A stretch of 64,000 nt of DNA from NCBI GenBank assembly GCA_964234715.1, contig OZ174279.1. The stretch is one strand, 5' to 3'. The stretch comes from Podarcis melisellensis. Its lineage: Eukaryota. This document shows positions 24,897 to 37,449 of this stretch, piece by piece. Below the pieces are notes generated by a model. That model was not told the origin of the DNA and did no database searches. It worked only from the letters and a program-made list of their open reading frames with translations. Position 1 is the stretch's first letter; every line of letters starts with the position of its first letter. The translations under genes were made by a program, and so were the position numbers.

Positions 24897-26231
24897 CAAG
24901 AACTGACTTAGTTGGTCTTTAAGGTGCTACTGGAAGGAATTTTTTTTGTTTTGACTATGGCAGACCAACACGGCTACCTATCTGTAACTGAAACATGGAC
25001 ACAGTATTTAAGGTTAATGGGCTACAAAAGGCCACAGCTTTATTAATTACAGCATGTGAGAGGTATTGGCTTAGGCATTGGAAAAAAACCACAAAGTTTG
25101 ACTCCACCCCTCAGGGAGGGGTGAGTCTAACAAGGGTTAACCACCAGTAGGGGGAGCCTGTTGATGCAAATACAACTGTAAGCTCTCCCCTGATGTCACC
25201 GGGGGTCGTGCCATGGCCCCCAGCCACAGCAGGGCATCGGACAGGATCCACGACCGCTGGATTCCTTTAACGGAGTACCCATAAAGGAAGGCAATTGCCA
25301 CCCCCCGCCCTTACATACACCAACAACAGATTCCAATGCCTAACCGCCACTTCTGGGAACTCTTTCCCCTCCTCTTGGCTCACTGCTTGCTGTCTTGGGC
25401 ACAAAGATCCTGCCTTGTACTTAGCCAGAGTTCCCAGTTACAGCTGATCTGGTTAGATCTACCTTAAATGTACATTAACAAACCAGGAAACCAACAAACC
25501 ACGTTGAGATCAAGCCCCATAGCAGGGCATGTAGGAGAGGGAAGCTGTTTGCCCAGGGCTCCTGAGGCCTGAAACTGGGTACTGCCAGCATTTTGAAGAC
25601 ATTACTTTTTAAGCAAGTCATTTTACTGCTCTGTAGATTAAGTGCTAGTCCTGGCTCTCTTGGTTTTAAATGCTGTTTTAAATGTTTTTAATACTGGTTT
25701 TAGCGGTTTTTTAAGTGCTGGTTTTAGTATTTCTTCATGCTATCCTTAGTGTTGTGGTGCTGATGTTTTTAAAATAGATATTACAGGTTTTTAAAAATAT
25801 GTTTTGTTGGCTGCTCTGAGCATCTCCACCAGAGGGGGAAAGCAGGCTATAAATTTAACTATCGATAAATAAAAACCAATGGTGCTTGATTATTTCTATG
25901 GTGCAAGTCTTTCTATTTTATATATGCAGGCTATTACTTAACTTTAAAAACCATTCTGCTCAATATTTTTTTATCTCTAGAAAATGTGAATTCTTTTTTC
26001 TGCTGTCTTAATTCAGGTCTCAGGGCAGTTCACAGAATAAAATCAGAATATAAAACCACAAAATACATAATCAAAAAAGAACACCAACAACCCAATAATC
26101 GCCCAACACATTTTAAAAGGCCATAGGATGTAGGTTAAAGACATCACCCCCTGCCCTGTGCCAGGTGGAGAGAGGCAGTGGCAGGACCCTCAGGCTTTCA
26201 GCAGGGTGATACTTGCTGGGCGGCAGCAGCA

Positions 26232-26369
26232 CAGAACCTCCAAGTGTCCCTATTTTCCAGGGATGGCTCTGATTTAGAGAAGTCATCCTGGTTTCTGATT
26301 TGATTCCAGTATGTCCTGCTTTTCCTTAGGATGTCTCTATTTTCGTTGGAGAAATGTTGGAGGGTATGG
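26232..26369. mobile_element. hAT-like MITE inserted between two ~50-bp direct repeats (26155-26203 and 26391-26441)
   Basis: aacctccaa...ttggagggtatg termini; GCAGCAG on both flanks. Confidence 0.6.
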
Positions 26370-26532
26370 CAGCAGTCCTGTGAGGTGCCGCCCTGTGCCA
26401 GGTAGATACAGGCAGGAGTAGGGCCCTCAGGCTCTCAGCAGGACACCGTTAAGACCATGTTCATTAAAGACAATCTTACTCGGCCACGAGTGATCACCAA
26501 AGAAGAAGAGATAGCCTCCCCACCAAAGCGTA

Positions 26533-26877
26533 AAAAGGTAAAGGTAAAGGACCCCTGACAGATAAGTCCAGTTGCGAACGACTCTGGGGTTGCCGCACTC
26601 ATCTCACTTTACTGGCTGAGGAGCCAACGTTTTTCCGGGTCATGTGGCCAGCATGACTACGCCATTTCTGGCGAAACCAGAGCAGCACATGTTTACCTTC
26701 CCACCAGAGTGGTACCTATTAATCTACTTTCACTTTTGGTGTGCTTTCGATCTGCTAGGTTGGCAGGAGCTGGGACCGAGCAACAGGAGCTCATCCCATC
26801 CCGGGGATTCAAACCGCGACCTTCCGATCAGCAGGCCCTAGGCTCAGTGGTTTAGACCACAGCGCCACTCGTGTCCC
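26533..26877 (-). mobile_element. Sauria SINE
   Basis: aaaggtaaaggtaaagg tail at left, head ...cacagcgccactcgtgtccc at right; TSD CCACCAAAG(C/T)GTA at 26520 and 26879. Confidence 0.92.
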
Positions 26878-29706
26878 TCCACCAAAGTGTACTTACAGGA
26901 AAATCCAGCCAAGGATGTCATGGGGTTTTGGAGGACAGGCACCCAATAAGTATTACTTACAGATACACTTCACACATCTTGAAAGTATGTAAGGACAGTA
27001 ACAACTCCAGACCCCAACCATTTCACCAAACAAATTTCTTTTGGTAATTGTAATGCAGTTTCTTATTCCATTAATTGAAAATGTGCTGGGAAAAATGGGA
27101 GAAAATTTCATCACAGGACTAGAAGGAAGGAAGGGGGCTAGTTCTCTGGAAATTGCTTTCTTCTCCCCTTCTGCCTTAGGACACTCTCACAGCAATTTTG
27201 CCGGGTCAATTTCTTTCCTGAAAGAGACTAATGGAGACTTGCAGTGACTTTGTAATACAACTGTTTACTTACAGATGCACGATTGGTCAGGTATTTGAAG
27301 GGTGCCAAAAGAGGCACATCGTGGAGAATCGTAGTCCCACACACTCCTGGAAGTCCAAGTCAGCCAGTCACAAGTTTCACTGACCTTTTTGTTCCCTAGC
27401 ATTACTATGCCTGAGAATGTTTTGACATGGACGAGCCCACACTCATTCACATCTCTGCTGAACAACAAATCTCACTGCCTCAATGCCAGCACTAGATTTA
27501 GATTCCTGACACTTACGCGGTCAATTGACTTTGATGCAGCAGCAGGCTGGAATTAGACACAAAATTGGCTTCATCAGATGGGAAATATTTTATACTAGTC
27601 CTGGATTCATTCAGCTGATAAAGGTCTGAGAATATGGTTTTGGTAATGACACTGGGGATAGAGAGGCACAAAGTAAGGCTAAAATCACTAAATCAAACCT
27701 GTTATGGGAAACCCCAGCCTTCTCGTCATAGATTATTAATATTGCAGTCTCACTACACATTTGTGAGTGGCCACCACAATTATAAAAGGCTGTACAGACA
27801 GACTGCTACAGAGACTACATGGAAACACATCAAGTTGGTAAGACTATTTGTTTCTTTAATTTGTGGTTCTATGTGCTCAGTTGGGAATATGCCCCACTCA
27901 AGGCCTGGGGCCTTGTCTTCAAGTAAATACACAGAGGGCTGGACTTGCTAAGGACTCCATGCTCTTTAGGTACCATGTCCCAAACACTGCTCATCTTCCA
28001 TGAGAAAACATTCTTTATGTATTTCATTCTTTGTTTTTATGTGATATTTGTTTGGATAAATAAACACTCCACCCTTCAATTTTAGTAATGTAAATTCAGA
28101 AGGCAAGGATACAGAGAAAAGTAAAGCAGAATACAAAAAGAAAAAGCTATAAAATGCAATAGCAGAATTATAAAACAAGCCAAACAAGATGAAACAAGAT
28201 AAAAGCAGCAATAAAATCCAACAACATAAAAAAACTTTGATGTGGTTATAAAACATCATCCTTGTTCTTTTAGTTTAAAAGTTCAGGAGAAAAGAATTGC
28301 TTTAATCCACCACCTTTCTAAAGTATCAAACCTTTCTGGGGAAGAAGGTGTTACCTGTGAGGGGCAGCACCACAGAAGAGGCTGTCTCCTCACTTGCTAC
28401 CCACATTACTTTTCAAATAGGAATAGGGGAGAGATTTCTTCAGGTCAGTTTTTCATGCTAACCGAAAGATCTTTCCAAACTTGTAGTTCTCCAAATTTTG
28501 TGATGTGGTTCTGTAAATAAGTATGTGTAAAGAGAGAGAGAGAGAACATATATTAGGAGGAAGTATGCCTGACACCATGGATGTGAGTAAAAACATTGTT
28601 CAAAAATGCATTATGCCTAGCTTGGAGGCTAGCATGCCCTCAACTCTTCCACGTTGATGATGGTGGGCCACAGTATCAATCCATACTGTAGTGGGCCCAA
28701 GCTTGGCTTCCAGCATATGAGCTGAGTGGCCACATAGTTAGGTGGTCCATTGTACCATTCCTGCCCTAAGCCATGCTGAACTGTGAATGCTGTAACCCAT
28801 AAAGGTGAGGTCATTTAAACCCATTTCCAGTATTCAAGGGATTCTCGCGTCCCCAACTTCCTGCCCTATCTTGTGAGCACAACCAGAGCATGGACAACTA
28901 TAGCCAGAGTGTATCTCTCGAAAGAAACAGAAGGACACACACCAACCAACTGTATTTCTCTCATTAAGCAAAAACAAAAACAAGGCAAGTGCATTTGTAA
29001 TTCCATAGCATATTTCATTCAGTTGTGTGTGAAGTACCATGAAGTACCATATTGCCACTAAATCAAAATGTCGACAGTGCCAAGTGTTTCTTTAATGGTC
29101 CCACTTTGCCAAGCTCAGATCTCTATTTTTTTCTGGTGAACCACTCTGGTAGACCAAGAGTTTGGAAAGACACCTAGTTCTGAGCATTTGCATTCAAGCC
29201 GTTCTGCCCAGTTCTTTAAAATAACCTTGTGCTGCCTGCTAGTTCCATGCAACTGCACCATACAGTAGGGTCTGCTAATGTTAAAGGGTATTACAATAGT
29301 AAGCTATAATAACAAGAGAGGATTGTGAAAATAAAATCCTGCTTTGTTTTAAATCTGTTGCTGTCAGCAGTCACAAAGCTGAAAAGAATGTAGTCTTGAG
29401 GTTTTATGGGAAATGAAAATGTTTAACAAATACATCAATGTGCTCGCTTTTTTCTTTTTCTGTTTTCTTTTCAGTAATTAATATAGTGCATCTTCTTTCA
29501 AAGTCACTGTGTAGTCTGAGATTTAAAATATCAGGGGGCTTGCTCTGTTTTCTTTTTTTGCCCTGATACTGCTTTTACATTTGGGACATATTTGTTCTTT
29601 CTATAGCTAAATTTCAAGATTGAAGAATAACATGCCAATTTTCATATTACCAGCATGAGAAGTATATAATAACAGACACATATTTAAACTCATGCACAGT
29701 GTGTAT

Positions 29707-29708
<2 letters not shown>

Positions 29709-29743
<35 letters not shown>
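29709..29743. repeat. (CA)n microsatellite
   Basis: Direct reading. Confidence 0.95.
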
Positions 29744-29744
<1 letters not shown>

Positions 29745-30473
29745 TCACATTTTCCTTCTCTGTAAGAGCATAGAGATGCATATTCACATGCTCACAAAGA
29801 AAAAACCCACTGAAGAAACAAAGAGCACATGTTTGTTTTCACAGTCTCTAACATTGTTAGTGCTGCTAACCAGAGAGTATATTACTGGTCCAGCTAGGAA
29901 GACGGTATTGTATCAGATCCCAGTTTCAGGGTCTGAAAAGACAATAAACTACAGGTGCTGAGTTGCGCCTGACATTGAGTATTCTGTCTCTTCACCTGCC
30001 TTCTCATAATCCAGGACACCTGTATTTGTGAAATTCAAAGGTAGAAACCTAATTAAAACCACCACTTCCCACTTCAGAGGACATTCCTTAAATATATAGT
30101 GTTTTCTTCTTCTTTTAGCATACTGTACTTTAAGTTGTAATCCTGTGCCCACCTACCTAGGTAGACAGGTGTAGGTTTCTTTATCACTGTTACCCACTCT
30201 CCTTTTTAAGTCTGAGAAAACATAGACAGCTAATGTGATTTTAATTCCATCAAACTGTGGATCTCTTTTTCCATGTGGCTGCACATATCACTGCAGTTCC
30301 CTTTCCTTCAGCAGATACTGAGTTTCCTGGCTACTGTGATTACCCATGTTATTTGCCATTGTATTCTTGGAAAATACTTTTCACTCAGCATGCTTGGGAA
30401 AACCCACCCCGCATCTAAAAAGCTACATCTTCCTACAGATTTTGTATCATGAAGTTACTCTTTTCATGCAGAC

Positions 30474-30611
30474 CAGGGGTGGGGAATCTGTTTCCCTCCA
30501 GGTGTTGTTGGACTTCAACTTCTGTCAGATGTAGCCATCAAGGGCCACGGTCAAGGATGCTGAGAGTTATGTTCCAGCAGCATCTGGGATGTGACATGCT
30601 TCCAACCCCTG
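30474..30611. mobile_element. hAT-type palindromic MITE
   Basis: CAGGGGT...ACCCCTG; 8-bp TSD ATGCA(G/A)AC. Confidence 0.75.
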
Positions 30612-31577
30612 ATGCAAACAGAGCCAAGATCTACTTTCTCCACTGAAGCATGGTTTTCCCTTTTCTTTGCATACATCATATGGAAGTCATATGTAGACTT
30701 TATGATAACACTTTCTTCCTGACCCAGGGGCCCTTTCTCTTATCTTCCACTACACTTTCCCAGGGCTGTGGATATTATAAAGTTGGGTTTCTGAAATGCT
30801 GAGCATCTGGTTCTGATTTGCACAGGTGTAAAGCAAGTGGAGTTAGGTAACGGAAAACCTAAAATCGAAACACACGCCTAGCTTTATCCCCTTTTAGGGC
30901 AAAATAAATCTCGCTTCAATCCATTTACATCCTAGCTGAGGCAAGGACTTTGACGCAGAGGCTCCCCCTTCCTATTCTATCATAATGACTCCATCCCTTG
31001 AGAATGTGATGTTTTGTGCTAAAGTATTCTGAATAATCTGAATAAGCATGCTATGTGGGAGACAAGTATGTAATTTGGGGGTAATCTTTTCTGCGTCATG
31101 CATTAGGCATTGTTTCAGTTTTATTGTCTGCTAATGTTGGAAGTCAGCTGAGTTCCCCAAGGTACAAACTCATTATCTGCTCAGCATGGAGGTTCCCTCT
31201 ACCTCCAATGCATAGTCAAAGAGAGTGTGGAATCTTGTAATGACTTGGCTCATCTCCAGAAGCTCATTTTAAAAGACCAGCAGTTGAGACATGAAGTTTC
31301 CAGAGGTGAGCTGTGTTTGATCAGCTGTGTTTGGGCATCACAGACGCAACATCAGCTGCAATGTCAAGCATGCTGTGAGCACATGATAAAATGTTTAAAC
31401 AGGATTCTCTCCTTGGAGGATGACTTTGACCTGTTTTCATGAAATATTCAGCAGTGTGAATGTATATTTTAAAAATTCAAAGGCTTGGCTAAGGCTTTAA
31501 AGCCGCTTATATTTATATTACATTCCAAAAGGAAAAAGTTGTGCACCTCTGCTAATTTCTCCCATTATTATTATTAT

Positions 31578-31791
31578 TATAGTGGATGCTCAGGTTGCGA
31601 ACGTGATTAGTGTGGGATGCACGTTCGCAACCTGCAGCTGCACGTCTGCATACACGCGGGTTGAGATTTGGCACTTCTGTGCAAGCGCGACCGCCGAAAC
31701 CTGGAAGTAATCTGTTCTGGTACTTCTGGGTTTCAGCGGTCCGTAACCCAATAAAACACAACCTGAAGCATCTGTAACCCGAGTTATGACT

Positions 31792-31793
<2 letters not shown>
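31578..31793. mobile_element. Tc1/mariner-type MITE inserted in a (TTA)n tract
   Basis: agtggatgctcaggttgc...gtaacccgagttatgactg|ta, with (TTA)n on both sides. Confidence 0.7.
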
Positions 31794-31835
<42 letters not shown>

Positions 31836-31996
31836 ATAACATTTTATTTGCCCAAGGCAACCTGAAGCAACTTACAATCAACCAAACAAAAACCCATTAG
31901 ATAAATTAAAAACAAGCAGGGTGGGGGAATACATTAGAAACACCCCACTCACTACTAAAAGGCCACAGATAGTTTTGCCTGGTGCCTACGTATATA

Positions 31997-32213
31997 CAGT
32001 GGTACCTCGGGTTACATACGCTTCAGGTTACAGATTCCACTAACCCAGAAATAGTACCTTGGGTTAAAAACTTTGCTTCAGGATGAGAACAGAAATCATG
32101 CTCTGGTGGCGTGGCAGCAGCTGGAGGCCCCATTAGCTAAAGTGGTGCTTCAGGTTAAGAACAGTTTCAGGTTAAGTACGGATCTCCAGAACGAATTAAG
32201 TACTTAACCCGAG
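31997..32213. mobile_element. Tc1/mariner-type MITE, right TIR truncated, nested in an older repeat
   Basis: TA|CAGTGGTACCTCGGGTTA...; reverse orientation relative to the 4446 copy. Confidence 0.85.
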
Positions 32214-32859
32214 ATGGCGAGCTTCCCTGGGGAGAGCATTCCACAAACGGGGAGCCGCTGTAGAAAAGGCCTGTTCTCCTGTTGCCTCCCTCTGGACCTT
32301 TCATGGAGGGGCATATGAAAAAGGGCCTTAGATTTCAGGGTCCAGGTTGGCTCATATGGAGAGAGGTGATCATTGAGGTACTGTGGCCCTGAGCTGTTTT
32401 AAGTTAAAGAGACAGCCAAATGATTCAAATGAAAACAAATTAGACTCAAGGTCCGAAAGTCTCCCAAATTTTGTTGTATTTTGTTGTGAGTGGATCTCTG
32501 ATGTGTTGCAAAACATTTTATTTGTATTAGTACAGAAAATGTTAGCATTTACTCCAGTGGAAACAGTTGCAAGATAATATCTATCAAATAGCATCGTCTG
32601 ATGGCATATGGTAGATCAAACTTGCTGGGTTTGGCGGTCAGTGCCTGGAGGGAAGATCACCTGGCCGCGTTATGTATGTATACTGTACAAGCAGTTTGAG
32701 CAAGCTTAATTTGGGAGTGTACTCAAGGGAACTTCAGTGACAAGTTAGATACTAAAGAACTGGAGACAAAGCACAATAGACCATGTAGGCACTGGGCGTC
32801 CCATATGCATGGTATTATCTCCTGCCTAATATTTGTTCATGGTGCTGGTTTTGGGTGCA

Positions 32860-33260
32860 GGTTTGGGTGTTGGTAAACCCCTGTACAGCTTGATACTGTG
32901 ATACCTAAAATAACGTCTCACCCCTTATATACGCAGTCAATCTGCAATTGGGGGCCTCCTGCAGATACCATCTTATCAGGAAATCATTTTCACATGTAGG
33001 AATTGAGCATTTTATGTTGTGGTCCCTGCCCTTTGGAATTCCCTCCCCCTGAATATCAGACACATGCAATCTCTGTTGTCATTTTGGCACCTACTGAAGA
33101 CCTTCCTTTTACAACAAGCCCTTTTAAGTTGAGATCCTTCCCAGTCCGCATCTGCACTGCAGTGGTTTTTAGATTATTATTATTTTATTGCTTATGTGTT
33201 TTCCAGCCTGGGCTCCTTTGGGAAGGAGGACACGATATAAATTTAATAAATCATAAATAA
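32860..33260 (+). mobile_element. Degenerate L2-type 3' fragment
   Basis: ctttggaattccctcccc, ctgaagaccttcctttt and gggctcctttgggaagga...gatataaatttaataaa match L2 3' ends. Confidence 0.55.
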
Positions 33261-35526
33261 AATAATTGATTTTTTTCTCTCCCCCCCCCCCCCCGCCAAG
33301 ACTCTTCTAAAAATTCCTCTTGGTTATTCATTGTTTCTTGATTATCTTTTCATAGCTCAAAAGTTGACAATTCACATTTTCTTCCCTTCCCTTCCAACTT
33401 TCTTTCATCTTACCTAAACTATGTGTCTGTGGGCAGGGTTTTGCCTTTGGTTTCCTTTTGTTTTTGAAGAACACCAAGTAGGTTTCATGTTGTTATAGCT
33501 ACTTGGCTGCAGTCCACCTTTCTTGTGGTGAGGAAAGTCATTTGCTGTAAAGATAAGATTCCTTTCATGGAAAAGTGTATTTCCAGAAGAGCTGTTTGAT
33601 TTCCAGTGTGTAGTTTATATATAACTTAGCCAATAGCAGCAGGAAATACACACACGAATGCAGAATAAAATTAATGTAGCTTATTTTGATCGTTCAAAAT
33701 AAATATTAGTAATCCTTATAAAATCATTTACATTATCTCAGCGTCAGCCTTATTATCTCAATAGCGTAGGTGGGGGATTGAGACCAAAAGATTGCTTAGT
33801 CATTTGGTGACATAAGTGAGATTTTAATCTGAGACTTCTTGTTTCATCACATCATATAATGTTCTGTCTAAGGCTGAAGAAGAAATTTGATTCAGTTCAC
33901 ATTTGAAGGGGAATTTACTGAATCTGCAGTTTTCATAACAATTCACAAACCAAAGCATAACCATTCACACTTCTCTGAATTTCACAGTGCAGTTCTCCAG
34001 CTAAAAAAGACAAACCACAAGCTGATGTTGAGAACTGAATTTAAGATTGGAAAAACAAGAAACCGAGAGAAACCCAAATCAATATGTTCACTCATCCCTC
34101 GCTATGACTAAGGTGCTGCACTGAGAGAAGCCGGCGCTATCAGTTGTTGGAATGTGTACATTTTGAGTCGGCCATGGGGCACAGTCTGTCTAATAATTAA
34201 AAGTCCAGGGGGCACATCTTAGGGCTTTCCAATTAAAAAAAATGCACATTTTAGTCACTTTATACATGTGATTTTTCCGTTCTTCAATGGCTGTAAAGGT
34301 TTCTACATTTGCCAGCAAAAGCTGACACCCTCTGTTTATAACAAGGTCGACTGTTGGTTTGATAAATTGCTTATCAAGGTTTCTGGGAGGTATATTGAAA
34401 GTGCATCATTAATAAAACTCCAAAACAAGATGGCAAGTTGCCTCTTTTGTACAAATCAGAGCGGAATTCTTTTGTGTGTGACAGAAGTTATTCATCTGCA
34501 CATAGCACCATTATACCTAATTAGAGGGATGGAAATATCATTCCAGTAATTTGATTGTCTGAAACTATTTCTTGGTGCCTTGTAACTATGGAAAAAACAA
34601 AATGCCTTTAGGACTACAGATGGTGAATATGTGGCTGTTCTCATTTTTCTTATTACAAACAAATAGGGGGTGCTTTCTGAAGTATGTACACATGCTTAAG
34701 AGTAAATCTTGTCTTCTCCAAAACATGTTGCAATTTCATTTCAGTTCCCTCAATTTATAGTTAGAAGAATAGAAACGATTTCCTCTGATGGCACAAAACA
34801 ATATGTAACATGGCTGAAAATTTCTGCTTGTTGATATTTTCCTTTCACTTTTGCCTCATAATGTGATCTTTGGATGAAGGGTGGTATACAAATTTAATAA
34901 ATAAAATAATAATGGTGATAATAATCTTTTAATAGGAGAAAGAAGTATGTGATGGGAGGTTCCCACAGATAGCAACAAAGATCCTCAGAGAATAATCGTT
35001 ACTTAAAAAATAAATACCTTTAATTGGACCAACCAATATGTCCCAAATGTGGGCATATGAATAATGGGCCTATGAATGTTGTTTGTATTAATTCTAACTT
35101 AATGCAAACAACATTTGCATTAAATTAATTCACTGCCTCATCACTGCTCCATATGAGCTTTGCCACACTGAGCTCTTTTCTTTTTTCACCTTCCACACAA
35201 ATAAAGTTGTAAGATGGGGAGATTTTACAAGAGAGAATTCATAGAAGTACTATTGGAAAACCCTTTCAGTGGTCCTGGAATTCTCTTTTGTTAAGGAGAT
35301 AACTAGCTAAATAGCTAGAAAATTGATTTCTGATTTAATGCAGTCCACTCATTTTTAGCTCCATTGAAGTGAGCTTTCCTGTACACTACTTACAGAAACT
35401 GTAAGTATGTGGTATACAGATTGTCAGGGGAAACAAATAAATTGCAATATTTGAGCAGAGGCATACTTTTCTCACTCACTGACTCTGGGTGCTGCAGAGA
35501 CATGGTAACTATCACTCCAAGTCTTT

Positions 35527-35865
35527 TTTTTTTGCAAAAGTTTTATTAGTTTTTACAATATCAATGACAAACAAAAACATAAAACAAACAAAACATAACA
35601 GTCATAAATCATAACCTTATTGAAAATAACAGTTATTTACTTTGTAAAACGACTTCCTCGTTTCTCCTTAGTTGAATTTCATTGCATATCCTTATAACGG
35701 TTTTCCAAATCCCAATTTTAATACCCTTTAAATTAAACATTAACATCTTTAAATCTTCTCCTTCTTGTATTAAACATATTATTTTATCAGTTAACATAGA
35801 TACAATCCTAAGCCCTTTAAGTATCTGGACGCTATTTCCAGTTATTTTAGCTTAACAAGTCTTTA
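35527..35865 (-). mobile_element. Retroposed 3' fragment (L1-like) with poly(A) tail and TSD
   Basis: TSD ACTCCAAGTCTTT at 35514-35526 and 35866-35878; T-run and TTTATT at the left end. Confidence 0.7.
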
Positions 35866-36754
35866 ACTCCAAGTCTTTCTGTGACAGTTCACACATACAG
35901 TCATAAATTGATTTACCTACGTACATGTGTAAACCATTCGTTGCACTGGTATCCTCCCATTTCTTCCACGTGTTCCTGACCAATTCTTTATTTAGGATCA
36001 TCCTTATTTAAGTTCTGTGGGTTGAAATAATGCCTGGTGTTGACAGTCTGAAGGTGCAGAATTAGTTGTAACATAGAATGTGATGCTTTCTTTGTGTCTG
36101 TCAAAAAACAAACAAACCCATGTCTCTATTAAGTATATTTGAAAATGACAGCTGGAAGATGAATGTGATGGTCATATATGATGGAGTGCTCAGACTTTGG
36201 TGGATTTTATTTTTATTTTATTGACATATTTGCCTTAAATGATTAGCTAGCTTTCCTCCCCTGTCAAATAAAACGTTTTTGGACTTCACTTAGTCTGGGG
36301 AAAAAATTAAATAGAGATGTCTTGGCAAATACCAACTGTTTTATTGGAGCAGAGCGGTGTTGTTAACGATATTACAGTTATCACAGTGTCAGTCTTTCCA
36401 TTATAAACCCCATTTTCAGAATTTTACAGCTTGGTTGTAAAAGCCTGTCAGAAGTTGAAAATGGGCAAGCCAAGGCTCTGTGTGGGAATGGAGTTTTTTG
36501 AATCTGCGTTTTTCTGGAGGTTCTTGGGGTTCTTTTAGGTAGAGCTCTTTGGATTTTGGTACCATTCAGCGTTGAACTGTTGAACCATCTTGAAAAACCA
36601 GTTGAAATCATTGGGATCTCTGCCTTTGAGTGCAATAATGTGAAACTACCCGAGTAATAATATACCAAGTGCATAATTTTATAATCCATGTTGTTGATCT
36701 GGAGCCAATTTTTCTCTTCACCTTTTTAAGGTTTCGTTTTTCTTCTTCCTGCAG

Positions 36755-37449
36755 CGGCCTTTGAGTCCTTGCTTCGCTTTGCTGAGAACCATACCACTTC
36801 TCTGTTTGAGACTGTCTACAGATCCATGTCAAAGGAAGCAGCAGAGCCTGTCAAAGAGCTCTTTACAGACATCTCTCTCTACCTCTTGGGCGCTCAGACC
36901 ACAGTGGAAAGTGTCCTTTTCCGGTTCTTCGACAGCCTCTTCCCTTTGGTTTACAGCCGCCTAATCAACCCAGGCATGGCTAGTCTGTCAGAGGAGTATA
37001 CAGAGTGCCTGCGGCTAACGCGGCAAGATATAAATCCATTTGGACTCTGTTCTAAAGAAGCAGTTACAAAGTTGGAAAAGTCTCTTTGGGCAAGCAGGAC
37101 ATTCAATCAGGCCCTGGGTATAGGCATTGAAGTACTGAACGCTACAGAACATGCCACGTTGACAAAGGAATGCAGCAGAGCCCTAGTGAAGATGCAGTAT
37201 TGCCCACATTGCCAAGGTCTGACTTTGATCAGACCCTGTGAAGGATATTGTCTCAATGTCATGAGGGGCTGTTTTGCCAGCATATCTGAACTGGACTCTC
37301 AGTGGAGGGAATATATCTATACCCTGGAGTATCTCACTAACGAAATGGCTGGATCGCATGATCTAGAAGCAGCACTTTTGGGTATCCGGAATTCAATCAA
37401 TGACGCCATCTTGCATGCCCAGCTGAATGGACCCCACCTGTCTGCAACT
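36755..37449 (+). CDS. Internal coding exon (exon-3 equivalent) of a glypican-5-like gene (GPC3/GPC5 subfamily)
   Basis: Translation AFESLLRFAENHT...FFDSLFPLVY...ECSRALVKMQYCPHCQGLTLIRPCEGYCLNVMRGC...AQLNGPHLSAT carries the glypican cysteine pattern and closely resembles GPC5 (ECSRALLKMQYCPHCQGL...KPCMGYCLNVMRGC). Acceptor tttcgtttttcttcttcctgcag|C at 36754/36755 (phase 1); donor ACT|gtaagt at 37449/37450 (phase 0). The 695-bp length matches GPC3/GPC5 exon 3 as I recall it. Symbol left blank because orthology (GPC5 versus a GPC5-like paralogue) is unresolved. Confidence 0.95.

Larger units (their letters stand above)
24618..24992. mobile_element. Penelope-like element pLTR remnant: three pLTR segments (two minus, one plus) with a 13-bp TSD
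   Basis: TSD ACATGGACACAGT at 24605-24617 and 24993-25005. Segments 24615-24723 (-), 24735-24845 (-) and 24848-24990 (+) are identical where they overlap. They contain the hammerhead motif CTGAAGA...GAAAGCTC typical of vertebrate PLE pLTRs; an inverted 5' pLTR copy is also typical of PLE insertions. Confidence 0.85.
24561..25350 (-). mobile_element. Diverged, 5'-truncated second copy of the LTR-like family at 8.0-8.9 kb, interrupted by a Penelope-like insertion
   Basis: The reverse complement reads ccaatgcctaagccaatacctctc...taataaagctgtggcc...cccattaaccttaaat-actgtgtccatgtgtcttt...ggggggaggg...tcaca, colinear with 8790-8923. Further shared blocks are gggtactccgttaaagga and gctccccct...ttaaccctt. 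Confidence 0.8.

Noticed and set aside
24615-24990. Repeats superficially like a CRISPR array
   Set aside because: Eukaryotic context, mixed orientations, no spacers; explained by PLE pLTR structure.
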